Part shown: one piece after another, positions 25,128 to 34,620 of the stretch
Position numbering within the stretch: position 1 is the first letter of the stretch
How the letters are laid out: the number at the start of each line of letters is the position of its first letter
Source of the DNA: a virus
Lineage: Duplodnaviria > Caudoviricetes
Reading direction: 5' to 3' (one strand)
Length of the DNA stretch: 38,492 nucleotides
IMG/VR virus record: IMGVR_UViG_3300049485_000101
Coordinates: 1 to 38,492 of that record
Translations under genes and position numbers: made by a program
The notes under the pieces: generated by a model
Told to the model about the DNA's origin: nothing
What the model saw: only the letters and a program-made list of their open reading frames with translations
Database searches by the model: none

Positions 25128-26993
25128 ATGGCAATATTAAGCGTACAAATTAGCCCTATTGGCACGTCAGGTCAAGAACCTAAGCATATTTATCTAAAAA
25201 CAAATAATACAAAGGCAGAAGTGATAGAACCAGGATATTTAAACACTTTAAAGTCTCAGGGATTTTCTATTTCAGAAACAGATTTAGCTATAGTGTCAAC
25301 TATTGAATTAGACGGTACAGTTGATGTCAACGATTATGATATTAAATATGTAGCTGGGCAATGGACACTCATAAGTATCACATCATCAAGTATGGCCGAA
25401 TTTGATTATCTCACAGTCAATATTCAGTCAAATTTAAAAGGAAACACGATTTTTAGTGGTCAGATAAATAGTTCAGCTTTAAATAGCGTTTCTTTAACTC
25501 CATCAGGGTCAATGGTATTAAGTGGTAGTACAGTTAATATTACATCTGGTTCTTTCATGGATATTATCACTGGCGGTGGGATGAATTTCACCAATAGTGG
25601 TGCGGATGTAAATTTTGGCGGAGATAGCATATTTGACCTTGTAGTCAGCAATTTCCGTGAATTTCGTGTAGTTTCCGATGAAGGATTCGTACTTGGTGCA
25701 ACGCCTGGGGGGGTAGCCCATTCCCATATTTATGGCACACCGTCTGCTGATCTTGATTTTTTTGGTTGGGGGTCAATTGACATTGATCCAGCAGTTTTAA
25801 ATCTTGGTACGTCAAGTGCGACAAGCGTTGTTATCGGGAAAGCTGCGAATACTACTAGAGTCGATAGCACATCTTTTAGCTTACCACACTTAAACGGTGG
25901 TCAAACAGGTCAAATATTGTATGTTGGTGTTGCTGGTATAATCACGGTAGATGCGTTACCTACTCCTCCTCCTCCATTCGATCCGAGTTCTGATCAAACG
26001 ATCAGCGGAAATTGGATATTCGTTTCGGAATTTGATGTCGAAGCAACTGGCGATATAACTTTTTCTAGTATTGACAGTAACGTCGAGATTCTTGCATCGA
26101 GTGTTGGATCGACACTATTCTTAGGCGGTCACTCTGTAGAGATTGAGAGTATACTTGATACAACAATAAACTCATTAACTGGCAATGTGTTCATTGAATC
26201 GGATATCGCCGATGTGACAATTAATGCAGCTGCTAATTTATTTGCTGGCATTCCAACCAAAGGATTTTTAACTGTAAACAGTGCTGGATATGTAAACCTT
26301 GATTCCGAGACTGACAATGTACTTGTTAGCTCTGCCGTTGGAAATGTTGGCTTATCTGGTCAATCTGTAAGCATCCAAACAACTTCTACTGGTATTACAC
26401 TTAATGCGCTTGTTGCTGGCCCGATTACACTTAACACAGTAGCTGGTAATATCGCATTTTACGTTGCTGGAGGTGATTTACAAGCCTTCGGTATCGCAAA
26501 TACAGTCACAACAGAAGCCATGTATTACAATTCTGGTACAGGCACAGTGTCATACGGAACGGCTGGAATAACAGAAGGTCAATCCGTTGTAACAACGACA
26601 GGCGACTGGACAAACAACGGTACGAACTGGGCGTTCTCGAACACTACTTTTGATGTACAGACAAGTAACTTTATAAACATGCTGTCTGCTGTATCTACAA
26701 GTGTGGACAGTTCCACAACACTCACTTTAGGTGCAACAACGACAGCATTAAGTCTAGGTAATGATCTAACTTGTGTATTAACAGATATAAAGGGATTAGA
26801 CGTCTCTGTACTAGCAGAAGCTGTTGCAGGCGAACTTCACTTAGGTGATACCGCAACAGGCGGGGGCGTTTTCGTGGGTGCTGCATCACACGTGGGGGAT
26901 GTCGCTGTACCAGCGCGTAGGCCATCAGCAGGATTTAGCTATGTTGTAAGGGATGATATCACTGGGCAAGTTTACTTTATGGCTCCGACTTAA
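25128..26993 (+). CDS. Putative second fibre/spike protein (beta-helix-like repeats)
   Basis: 621 aa rich in Gly/Ser/Thr/Val/Ile with about 8-residue periodicity (TGNVFIES, AGYVNLDS, AGPITLNT) and a poly-Pro linker. Confidence 0.65.
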   Translation: MAILSVQISPIGTSGQEPKHIYLKTNNTKAEVIEPGYLNTLKSQGFSISETDLAIVSTIELDGTVDVNDYDIKYVAGQWTLISITSSSMAEFDYLTVNIQSNLKGNTIFSGQINSSALNSVSLTPSGSMVLSGSTVNITSGSFMDIITGGGMNFTNSGADVNFGGDSIFDLVVSNFREFRVVSDEGFVLGATPGGVAHSHIYGTPSADLDFFGWGSIDIDPAVLNLGTSSATSVVIGKAANTTRVDSTSFSLPHLNGGQTGQILYVGVAGIITVDALPTPPPPFDPSSDQTISGNWIFVSEFDVEATGDITFSSIDSNVEILASSVGSTLFLGGHSVEIESILDTTINSLTGNVFIESDIADVTINAAANLFAGIPTKGFLTVNSAGYVNLDSETDNVLVSSAVGNVGLSGQSVSIQTTSTGITLNALVAGPITLNTVAGNIAFYVAGGDLQAFGIANTVTTEAMYYNSGTGTVSYGTAGITEGQSVVTTTGDWTNNGTNWAFSNTTFDVQTSNFINMLSAVSTSVDSSTTLTLGATTTALSLGNDLTCVLTDIKGLDVSVLAEAVAGELHLGDTATGGGVFVGAASHVGDVAVPARRPSAGFSYVVRDDITGQVYFMAPT

Positions 26994-27244
26994 TATTTTT
27001 CTCTTAGTTCTATATCTGTTCTTTCAGATTTCTCTAATTGTACAATTCCTTTTGTCGCCCACATAGAACATTCTTCGAGCTTTGTAAGAGCAAGAGATGT
27101 TTCTCTGCATGGCTTAATTTCTTTAATTAAATCATAAAGTTCTTTTGCTTTATCCTTCATTTTAGTTACTTTTGTTTGACTATTGTCTGTCAAAGTGAAG
27201 TAATTTTTACATAGTGGATCATTTTGTACTTGTTCAATAGTCAT
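26990..27244 (-). CDS. Acb2/Tad1-like helical-hairpin protein (candidate immune-signal sponge)
   Basis: PCRETSLALTKLEECSMWATKGI motif preceded by a K..AKELYDLI helix. Confidence 0.7.
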   Translation of the reverse strand: MTIEQVQNDPLCKNYFTLTDNSQTKVTKMKDKAKELYDLIKEIKPCRETSLALTKLEECSMWATKGIVQLEKSERTDIELREKY

Positions 27245-27406
27245 TCAAAATCTCTTTCTCTTTAAATCTCCACATTTTTCGCATTGGAAAAAAATATCAG
27301 CATACGTGGGCATGATGTCAGTAGATTTTGCGAATACGTTGTGTTTCCCAATAATAATCCATTTATGCACGCAAAGCCCGAGAAGTTTGCGAATGAGTTT
27401 AATCAT
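27245..27406 (-). CDS. Small zinc-ribbon protein (paralogue 1)
   Basis: MIKLIRKLLGLCVHKW...CEKCG. Confidence 0.7.
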   Translation of the reverse strand: MIKLIRKLLGLCVHKWIIIGKHNVFAKSTDIMPTYADIFFQCEKCGDLKRKRF

Positions 27407-27599
27407 TATTTTTAATATCGTAATTAGCATTGATTAAAATAGTACTTTTATTTTTTCCACATTTTTCACAAGTAAAGACGATTTCATATCCGAACCCTTC
27501 TTTTATTTCTGGGTTTTTTATATGGAACAGTTTAATTCTATGTGTCTCAAAAAAATTATGCTCACAAAACCCTAGAAGTTTTCGGAGAAGTTTAATCAT
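27399..27599 (-). CDS. Small zinc-ribbon protein (paralogue 2)
   Basis: MIKLLRKLLGFCEHNF...CEKCG. Confidence 0.7.
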   Translation of the reverse strand: MIKLLRKLLGFCEHNFFETHRIKLFHIKNPEIKEGFGYEIVFTCEKCGKNKSTILINANYDIKNND

Positions 27600-27826
27600 A
27601 CATCTTCTGACTCTCGATTCAAAACCTCATCAATTGGTTCTGAAAGTTTAGGATCAACTTTTTTAAATTCGTGAAGTATCTCTTTTAAATATAAGTATAG
27701 AGAGCATATGTAAATTAAAAATTCGCCGTTATATTCAAATTTTGCAGTGTTTTTTTCAATTAAACTTTTTACTTCATCGATTTCTTTTTTTAGATGCTCG
27801 TTACTTATTAAGTCACTCATCCACAC
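27596..27826 (-). CDS. Hypothetical protein
   Basis: Overlap-coupled ORF in leftward cluster. Confidence 0.6.
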   Translation of the reverse strand: MWMSDLISNEHLKKEIDEVKSLIEKNTAKFEYNGEFLIYICSLYLYLKEILHEFKKVDPKLSEPIDEVLNRESEDV

Positions 27827-28028
27827 AATCCCAAGCCTTTCTAGTCCAATGTATGATATCCTTTGCGTTCTTTTTTATTTTTGGAGTGGCGTCCTTATCT
27901 TCCATGATCACATGTGCAGCATCAAGAACACTCGCAAGCCAATGCCCCTCATGTACTGGCACGGGTGGAGTACATAGTTGTCCAAAGTCTGGGTAATGTG
28001 AAGGTGGATCGCTTTTGTATTTAGTCAT
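27813..28028 (-). CDS. Hypothetical protein
   Basis: Overlap-coupled ORF. Confidence 0.6.
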   Translation of the reverse strand: MTKYKSDPPSHYPDFGQLCTPPVPVHEGHWLASVLDAAHVIMEDKDATPKIKKNAKDIIHWTRKAWDCVDE

Positions 28029-28239
28029 TCTTTTTTTCTTCTTGTTCTATTTTTTTCACAACAGGATCAGAGAATTTATTTTTTGTTTCATCAAGACTTT
28101 TTGAATTGATTTCTTCAATTTTTGCTTGAAACAAAAATTTCACTTGTTCAGGGCTTGCATTTAATAATAGTTCAACAAATTTTTCAAGACGGCAAGTTCT
28201 GTAAAAAAGATCAACAATTTCTTTAGGCCAATTTCTCAT
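28021..28239 (-). CDS. Hypothetical protein
   Basis: ATGA overlap with HNH stop. Confidence 0.6.
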   Translation of the reverse strand: MRNWPKEIVDLFYRTCRLEKFVELLLNASPEQVKFLFQAKIEEINSKSLDETKNKFSDPVVKKIEQEEKKND

Positions 28240-28748
28240 AGGTATTTTTTCCTTAAAATGTCTAGTTGTGTCATGTATTTAGTAAAATCTTTTTCTTGTG
28301 ATTCTAGTTCGGATATTTTTGTAATGAGACTACTGAATTTGTGAATGATTTTTTCCTCAATATTGTTGATAATGAATAGATCGGAAAGATTAAGATAATA
28401 TGAAATATTTTGAACTGACGTATGATACTTGTGATTATTTAAATCACGTCTAGTTTTATCTTTGTGGCAAGATTTACATAGAATTTGTAATTCAGGTGAG
28501 TGAAGTTTTCTTGACGAATCATAAAATTCTCCCTCATTTTGTGGACAATTATTTAGGATAGGTTTTATGTGATCGCACTGTACTTCACTTAAAGCAAATA
28601 AATTTTTGCATGTATTACATTCCCATTTTGTCAAACCATTCCCTATTTTTCTTGATGCCTCTTTAAAACAAGCCTTTCTGAATGGACAATATTTACTCCA
28701 ACCATATCGCAAATCTCTAAATTGTTTCGTCCAATAATTTTTTTTCAA
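28236..28748 (-). CDS. HNH endonuclease
   Basis: CNTC...QCDHIKPI...LQILCKSCHKDKT; TTG start after AAAGGA. Confidence 0.85.
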   Translation of the reverse strand: MKKNYWTKQFRDLRYGWSKYCPFRKACFKEASRKIGNGLTKWECNTCKNLFALSEVQCDHIKPILNNCPQNEGEFYDSSRKLHSPELQILCKSCHKDKTRRDLNNHKYHTSVQNISYYLNLSDLFIINNIEEKIIHKFSSLITKISELESQEKDFTKYMTQLDILRKKYL

Positions 28749-28899
28749 TTTGTCAATCCTTTATTTTGACAAATTTTAAACAATAAAAAATTCAAAATCA
28801 AACAATCTAAAAAACATTTTTATATATATTTATATTAAATTGACAGTTTTCTTGCATTTAAAATATTTATAAATTAAAATAATTGTAAACAATAATAAA

Positions 28900-29010
28900 G
28901 CCGATTCGGCGGTTAATCCGAGTTTAAACGCTTTTCATTTGCGGTAAATAATGGGGCGATACTCATCGTTAATAATGAGGTTACACGTCAAGGAAGACGG
29001 TAAAAAATCA
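28900..29010 (+). promoter_or_regulatory. Structured 5' leader of scaffold gene with repeated CG(G)TWAAT-loop hairpins
   Basis: Follows TTGCAT-17-TAAAAT promoter; hairpins at 28903-28924, 28933-28956, 28962-28979; fourth CGGTAAA near 28998. Confidence 0.6.
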
Positions 29011-29026
29011 AAAGGGAATAGGACAA

Positions 29027-29734
29027 ATGGAACAGGAAGTTCAACAACAAGCAGAATTAGCACCTAACGTCGCGCAAATGCCCGAACAAATTGGTGGCGG
29101 TGGTCTGTCACAGGATCAAGTCAATAAAATTGTGGCGCGTGAAAAACAAAACGCCGCGGAAAGGGCTCGTCGAGAGACCGAAGAAAGATATCAGGCTGAA
29201 TTATCGGCTTTGAGACAAGCACAGGAACAGAGAAATTCATCTGTTTCACGTGAAGTAGATAGCGACGCGATTAAACAACAAGTTCTTGAACAGTTGAAAA
29301 GCGAGTTCGAGGAACGCAATCAGCGTCAACAAATGGAACAGGTTGCGACAAATTATTTATCAAACGTCGCAAAGGCAGAAGCAGGATACGGTGATTTTAA
29401 AGAAGTCACACAGAATTTTGACCCTACGGCATTTCCACAACTGACATTTCTTTTGTCAGGAATGCCCGATGCTGGTGATGTTTTGTATGAGCTCTCCAAG
29501 AATCCCGAAAAACTCGTTGTTTTGGACAATTTATCACAACGTAGTCCACGTTTTGCACAAGCCGAACTATTAAAACTATCCAAGTCAATCAAAGACAACA
29601 AAGAAGCTCTTGCACAGGCTCAAAATCAATCTGTTGCTCAACCTCTTGACCGTCTGAATCCCTCGAGAATTTCAGGAACAAACGGAAAAATGACAATCAG
29701 CGATCTACGGAGTCAACCGTGGATGCGAGTGTAA
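29027..29734 (+). CDS. Capsid scaffolding protein
   Basis: Gln/Glu-rich coiled coil, SQDQVNKIV.RE, Y.DF.EV, VLYEL.KNP; directly upstream of coat gene. Confidence 0.85.
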   Translation: MEQEVQQQAELAPNVAQMPEQIGGGGLSQDQVNKIVAREKQNAAERARRETEERYQAELSALRQAQEQRNSSVSREVDSDAIKQQVLEQLKSEFEERNQRQQMEQVATNYLSNVAKAEAGYGDFKEVTQNFDPTAFPQLTFLLSGMPDAGDVLYELSKNPEKLVVLDNLSQRSPRFAQAELLKLSKSIKDNKEALAQAQNQSVAQPLDRLNPSRISGTNGKMTISDLRSQPWMRV

Positions 29735-29761
29735 AATAAATTTAAAAAAAGGAATTTTTAA

Positions 29762-31012
29762 ATGGCAGTCCCAAATCAATATTTGCAACAGGTACAGACC
29801 TATAATGAGTCTAACCTTGCAATGCTTTTAAACATGTACTGTTTTCTAAGTACAGCTAACAAGAAATTTGAAAAGTTCAACGATGATATCCCGAAACAAT
29901 TGGGCGATTCAGTACTTTTTGATCTACCGCCTAGAATGAATTCAACTAACTCTTTAGTTGTTTCTTTTCAAGCGGCCAATCAGCGTTTTAGGACACTGAC
30001 AGTCGATCAACCAGGATCAGTTGCATACTCATTCACTGCACAGCAATTTATTTTCAATGTGCGTGATTACATGGATAAGTTTGGGCGATCTGCTGTTTCT
30101 CAACTTGGTTCCAAGATTGAACAAGATGTTGCGTCTGTTGCAGAATCACAGACCTTCAAATTTTTTGGAGATGGCATTACGCCAATTTCGACTTATTTAC
30201 AATTAGCAACCGCTTTGGCTCGTCATGACGAATTTGGCGCGGCAAAAACCAATAAAAAGGGTTATTTGTCCAACATGACTTATCCCGCAATCATCAATAG
30301 TGGGTTAAGCCAATTTGCTCCGCGTCGCAATGATCGTGAGGCAATGAGCTGGGAGATCGGTGAATTTGGTGAATGTGAATGGTATCGTTCAAATCTTCTT
30401 AAAGTACATCGCGCTGGTACTGTTGGAAATACTCCCCCTGCACAATTAACAGTTGTATCAACAACACTCAATGCGGCTGGTGAAGTTATTGCAATCACAT
30501 TTAGTGGTGCGCCTGCAAGTGATCCGAACGCAATCAAGAAATATGACAAGTTCATGTTTTTAGATGGTTTTGTCCGTAACATTAGGTTCTTAACATTTAT
30601 CGGTGGAAGTCCGTCCGAACACCCTGTCCAATTTGCAGCGGCTGCTGATGCGGCATCAAATGCTGGTGGACAAGTTACTGTTAGTCTAACTCGTCCATTA
30701 CTTGCTGGTATTCCAAACGACGAAGCTCTTGGTATTACAGATCAAATCGTAGCAAACATGAAAGTAGTTGTGTTGCCAGATCATAGATGTGGATTGATCA
30801 CATCTGGCGGACCTCTAATGCTGGCCCTTCCACGCCTTCCAGAGGAAATACCCTATCCGACAAGCGTTGTGACTGATCAAGATTCAGGCGCATCCCTTCG
30901 GACATATATGGGTTCGTTATTCGGTCAAAATCAACGTGGTATGGTGACTGATGCTATATGGGGCAAAACACTTGTTGACGAATATTCTACAATGATCGCT
31001 TTGCCAGTATAA
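29762..31012 (+). CDS. Major capsid protein (P22 coat-protein family)
   Basis: 416 aa; GDSV.F..P.R, LTVDQ, AVSQLGSKIEQDVA, SG.S.R, D..WG; central insertion domain. Confidence 0.9.
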   Translation: MAVPNQYLQQVQTYNESNLAMLLNMYCFLSTANKKFEKFNDDIPKQLGDSVLFDLPPRMNSTNSLVVSFQAANQRFRTLTVDQPGSVAYSFTAQQFIFNVRDYMDKFGRSAVSQLGSKIEQDVASVAESQTFKFFGDGITPISTYLQLATALARHDEFGAAKTNKKGYLSNMTYPAIINSGLSQFAPRRNDREAMSWEIGEFGECEWYRSNLLKVHRAGTVGNTPPAQLTVVSTTLNAAGEVIAITFSGAPASDPNAIKKYDKFMFLDGFVRNIRFLTFIGGSPSEHPVQFAAAADAASNAGGQVTVSLTRPLLAGIPNDEALGITDQIVANMKVVVLPDHRCGLITSGGPLMLALPRLPEEIPYPTSVVTDQDSGASLRTYMGSLFGQNQRGMVTDAIWGKTLVDEYSTMIALPV

Positions 31013-31057
31013 TAAATATTGGCAATTTTTTAATTTATTTTTTAAGGACTTTATATA

Positions 31058-31927
31058 ATGTCAGCACAAATACCAATAGTCAATGCAGGCCTTGAGTATG
31101 TAAATGGTTTAAATTTAGTATATGTAGCAACTCCTCCTTCTCCTTTTGTCACAGGAAAAGTTTTCGTTATGGGAGCGGGTGCATGTCGTGATTCGTCAAA
31201 TCAAAATGATATCGTCATGGATCAACAATTGGACGTTGATGGTCATCCAATTTTTTTTGATGATTTAAAACTTGGTGCAATAATTAATGGCTTACAAGTA
31301 GGCGCAAACGGAGTTGATCTTGCTCCTCTTGAAGCTTTGAAACTTTATGCAGTATATGTAATAGGCGATTCAACAAAATATAAACCAACGGCAGGATTGC
31401 TATCATTGCGATATCCTTTTGGAACAATCGTAGTTGATGGAGTCGTTCAAGAAGTTCCAATATTACCAGTTGGATACGATATGTTCAGAAGGGTTGGTTG
31501 GGTAAGAACCACAGCAACAGCATTCTTAGAACCTTGGTTTCAATATGGAGTAGGCCAAGAAAGAATGTATTATTGGGAAAATAGTGTTCACGTTGCTACT
31601 GGATTTACTGGCGGCCCTACAGATATTCCTATCTTTATTGGTATTGGAACTGATCTGAATAGTCCAACTATGCCTCCTATTAATACACAGGTTTTACTCT
31701 CAGCATCCATGAGTGCCCCTGGAAATCTTGCTGTTTCTGCATATGGGAGTGTGACTACTAATCTAATCGTTTACCAAGTATTTCCAGTTGCTCTAAAAAG
31801 AGAAATGATGACTGTTCCCGAAAGATTGGATTTTTCAAATCCAATTGCACCAGTACCAACAATTTCTGCGTTTGCTGCTGGTGGAAATGCTGAAATATTT
31901 GTAAGTGGATTCGAGGATATTCTGTAA
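31058..31927 (+). CDS. Putative virion (decoration/tail) protein
   Basis: YVNGLNL, GACRDS, GANGVD, LYAVYVIGD, LPVGY..FRRVGWVRT. Confidence 0.7.
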   Translation: MSAQIPIVNAGLEYVNGLNLVYVATPPSPFVTGKVFVMGAGACRDSSNQNDIVMDQQLDVDGHPIFFDDLKLGAIINGLQVGANGVDLAPLEALKLYAVYVIGDSTKYKPTAGLLSLRYPFGTIVVDGVVQEVPILPVGYDMFRRVGWVRTTATAFLEPWFQYGVGQERMYYWENSVHVATGFTGGPTDIPIFIGIGTDLNSPTMPPINTQVLLSASMSAPGNLAVSAYGSVTTNLIVYQVFPVALKREMMTVPERLDFSNPIAPVPTISAFAAGGNAEIFVSGFEDIL

Positions 31928-31956
31928 AATAATAAAATGAATAGAGGTGGTCATGG

Positions 31957-33408
31957 ATGGCTTACACAACTAATCAGCTTATATCTGATGCATATTATGC
32001 TTCTGGTGTTGTTAGTAAAGAGTTTGAAACCGTAAGTGGTGGTCAATTTTCGGATGCTTTGCAGTGGGTAAACGATATCATATCTGATAAAGATGTGAAT
32101 CAAAGCATGGTTCCGTATGAGACCACTTATACTTTTACTGCAAATATTGGTCAAGAAAAATATTTCATCCCTAATCTAATCAGTATTGATACCATTGTTT
32201 TTTACAAAGATACCGTGCGATATGCTCTGACTTATACAAAACGTAATGCGTATTTCGGATCGCCAAGGGTTCAGAATATAAATAGTCTACCTTTTGACTG
32301 GTACTTCGAACGACAAACAAACGGTGGAAATCTATTTATTTATTTTAATCCAGATCAGACATATCCATTCGAGATTCACGGAGTATTTAGACCTAATCCC
32401 TTGAGGCTAGGGCAAGATTTAACAAACAATCAAACTCTTGTGAATTTAGGTGTTCCAACATTTTTTGGTGCTGATCCTGATACAGCGTTTAATGGAATAT
32501 ATTTTGGAGTTCTTGATCCAAATCAATTAATAATTAATGGCATAGATATGCAAGGCACTTATACATCTATAGGTGCATTTATAAATAAATTGGATAGTAA
32601 TTTTGTTAATGGAATACGCGCTAGAATTGATGTAAATAGCATTGTCCTTTATAGTGTGACTGATCCACCGATTCCAATTTATATTCAAGTCAGTGGTTAT
32701 GGTACAAATGGAACTAGATTCATCAAATTATTACAGCATGCAACAACTACAAATTTAAATGCAACATACAACAATATTGAGAGTAGTGGTCAAATTGCAG
32801 AATTGACATCAAATGTGAATGGTGTTCTTGTTATTGATAGTGATCCTGTTGCTTTAGATAGTTATGTACTTGTTAAAAATCAAACAAATCCGATTGCCAA
32901 CGGTGTTTATACTGCAATAAATATTGGAAGTATTGCAACTCCATGGATCATGAAAAGATCAGATTTTTACAATACACCATTAAAAATTGGGATTGGTGAT
33001 CTATTCAAAATTGATAATGGGGTTGTAAACAACAACAAAACTTTTGTACAAACATCAACTGTCATTCAAATTGGTATAAGCCCTATTGTATTCAATGTAT
33101 TTGAATATCTTTCATTTTCAAACATTTCTTCAATTCAGTTTCCCGATTATTTCGTATTCAATCCCGATGGATTGGATCAGTTCTATGTTTCATACTTAAA
33201 ATTTGCTTTAGCAGACAGAATATGCTCAGAATACAACTATGTTGTTCCTGCAAATGTTACAAAACAGCTCAAAGAATACGAAAACTGGATCGATAAAAAA
33301 TCCCGTCCTCTTGATCTTAAATTACAAAAAACATCTACTCTTAACCGCCAACAATATTTGGGATATTCATGGTTCAATCTTGGTAGAGGTTGGCTATCAG
33401 GTAGGTAA
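31957..33408 (+). CDS. Head-tail adaptor (P22 gp4-like) with large internal insertion
   Basis: N-terminal TTNQLISDAY..SGVV...DAL..VNDII and C-terminal YLKFALADRICSEY adaptor motifs flank an inserted fibre-like domain. Confidence 0.75.
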   Translation: MAYTTNQLISDAYYASGVVSKEFETVSGGQFSDALQWVNDIISDKDVNQSMVPYETTYTFTANIGQEKYFIPNLISIDTIVFYKDTVRYALTYTKRNAYFGSPRVQNINSLPFDWYFERQTNGGNLFIYFNPDQTYPFEIHGVFRPNPLRLGQDLTNNQTLVNLGVPTFFGADPDTAFNGIYFGVLDPNQLIINGIDMQGTYTSIGAFINKLDSNFVNGIRARIDVNSIVLYSVTDPPIPIYIQVSGYGTNGTRFIKLLQHATTTNLNATYNNIESSGQIAELTSNVNGVLVIDSDPVALDSYVLVKNQTNPIANGVYTAINIGSIATPWIMKRSDFYNTPLKIGIGDLFKIDNGVVNNNKTFVQTSTVIQIGISPIVFNVFEYLSFSNISSIQFPDYFVFNPDGLDQFYVSYLKFALADRICSEYNYVVPANVTKQLKEYENWIDKKSRPLDLKLQKTSTLNRQQYLGYSWFNLGRGWLSGR

Positions 33409-33487
33409 AAATCTCTCTTGCAAATCTAAAAAAACTCTGTCAATAAATTGATATTGGTTTATTAATATTATTGGTAGGTTACATTTT

Positions 33488-33856
33488 ATGTCTGAAACAT
33501 TAAGAGAAACAATACAAAAAGAGATGGCAGAAATATCCCTTGACGCCATTTGTGGTGTTGATAGAGACATTCCACTTGATGAGAGACCATACAGAATTTT
33601 TGAACTATTCAGTCATACGATGGATGTTTATCAATTCTTTTTGTATCAAGAAGTGTATGACAACAAGCGTTTTGAATTATTAAGCGAGTTAACATTTGTT
33701 GAAAGGCTTCGCTTTGATTTTAATTCAAGGCGCGGTGCAACAACATCAACACTTGACGCTTTGTACAGAGAAAAACAAAACTTCCCCAAGAATGTCTACA
33801 GTATAAATTTTGGAAAAAAACTGAAAGGGTGTGTAAATGACGCGAGAAATTATTGA
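33488..33856 (+). CDS. Hypothetical protein
   Basis: 122-aa ORF with AGGT RBS. Confidence 0.6.
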   Translation: MSETLRETIQKEMAEISLDAICGVDRDIPLDERPYRIFELFSHTMDVYQFFLYQEVYDNKRFELLSELTFVERLRFDFNSRRGATTSTLDALYREKQNFPKNVYSINFGKKLKGCVNDARNY

Positions 33857-34031
33857 TATGAAAGAAAACTTGGAAGAACTCAAGATATTAAAATCTAGGT
33901 TCACATCTCATCTTGAATCATTGGATGAATTTAAAAGCCGTTTAACATATGCTTTAAATGAAACTTGTTCAAACATTGAACAAATAGAACGGAATATAGG
34001 GCATGAGCAAACAAACAATTGTCTTTTCTAA
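33837..34031 (+). CDS. Hypothetical coiled-coil protein
   Basis: Overlap-coupled ORF. Confidence 0.55.
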   Translation: MTREIIDMKENLEELKILKSRFTSHLESLDEFKSRLTYALNETCSNIEQIERNIGHEQTNNCLF

Positions 34032-34191
34032 TGAGCAAATCGATCACATTTGTTTTATAATTGGTGAATGGTATGTGAAATGGAAAAGAACCATAACCGT
34101 TGATCCAGAGTCTATGCATAGACTTGGTTATGCAAAGGAAGATTTAAAGGAAATGTTGTTTCCTGTTCGTTCAGACGATGGAGATACTTGA
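34003..34191 (+). CDS. Hypothetical protein
   Basis: QIDHICFIIGEWY..WK...HRLGYAKEDLK. Confidence 0.6.
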   Translation: MSKQTIVFSNEQIDHICFIIGEWYVKWKRTITVDPESMHRLGYAKEDLKEMLFPVRSDDGDT

Positions 34192-34366
34192 AGTACTCGT
34201 TTTTAAGTGTACAAATATTCAAATCATTAACTTGTTCTAGTCTAAGTATGATCTCGTTTGGATTAAATGAATCACAGAAATAAATATTATTTTCAGGCCA
34301 AAAATTAAACGTGATTCCGTGTTTATTACAAAAATTTAATATTTCCATAATCTCAGATTCAATCAT
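34112..34366 (-). CDS. Hypothetical protein
   Basis: Last ORF of leftward cluster. Confidence 0.5.
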   Translation of the reverse strand: MIESEIMEILNFCNKHGITFNFWPENNIYFCDSFNPNEIILRLEQVNDLNICTLKNEYFKYLHRLNEQETTFPLNLPLHNQVYA

Positions 34367-34368
34367 TG

Positions 34369-34620
34369 TTATTTTAATTCCACCATTTCTTTATTAACTT
34401 CATCGCATTTATCACAAAGAGTAATGACTTGGCAAAAAATTTTGATACTTATGACCTCTTGTTTTCCTTCTATGCAAATATATTCACATTTTTTTTTATT
34501 GAACCTATCAATGATATTTTGTGTGATATCTAGTGATGTTACAACGTGATCATTATGACATTGTTTGCAAACATAGTTAAATTCATTGCTTGAAATGATT
34601 CGCTTCGTCGTATTCTCCAT
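34369..34620 (-). CDS. Small zinc-finger-like protein
   Basis: CKQC...CDKC; GGAG RBS. Confidence 0.55.
   Translation of the reverse strand: MENTTKRIISSNEFNYVCKQCHNDHVVTSLDITQNIIDRFNKKKCEYICIEGKQEVISIKIFCQVITLCDKCDEVNKEMVELK

Noticed and set aside
22480-26993. Diversity-generating retroelement or invertible fibre cassette
   Set aside because: No reverse transcriptase, invertase or template/variable repeat pair seen
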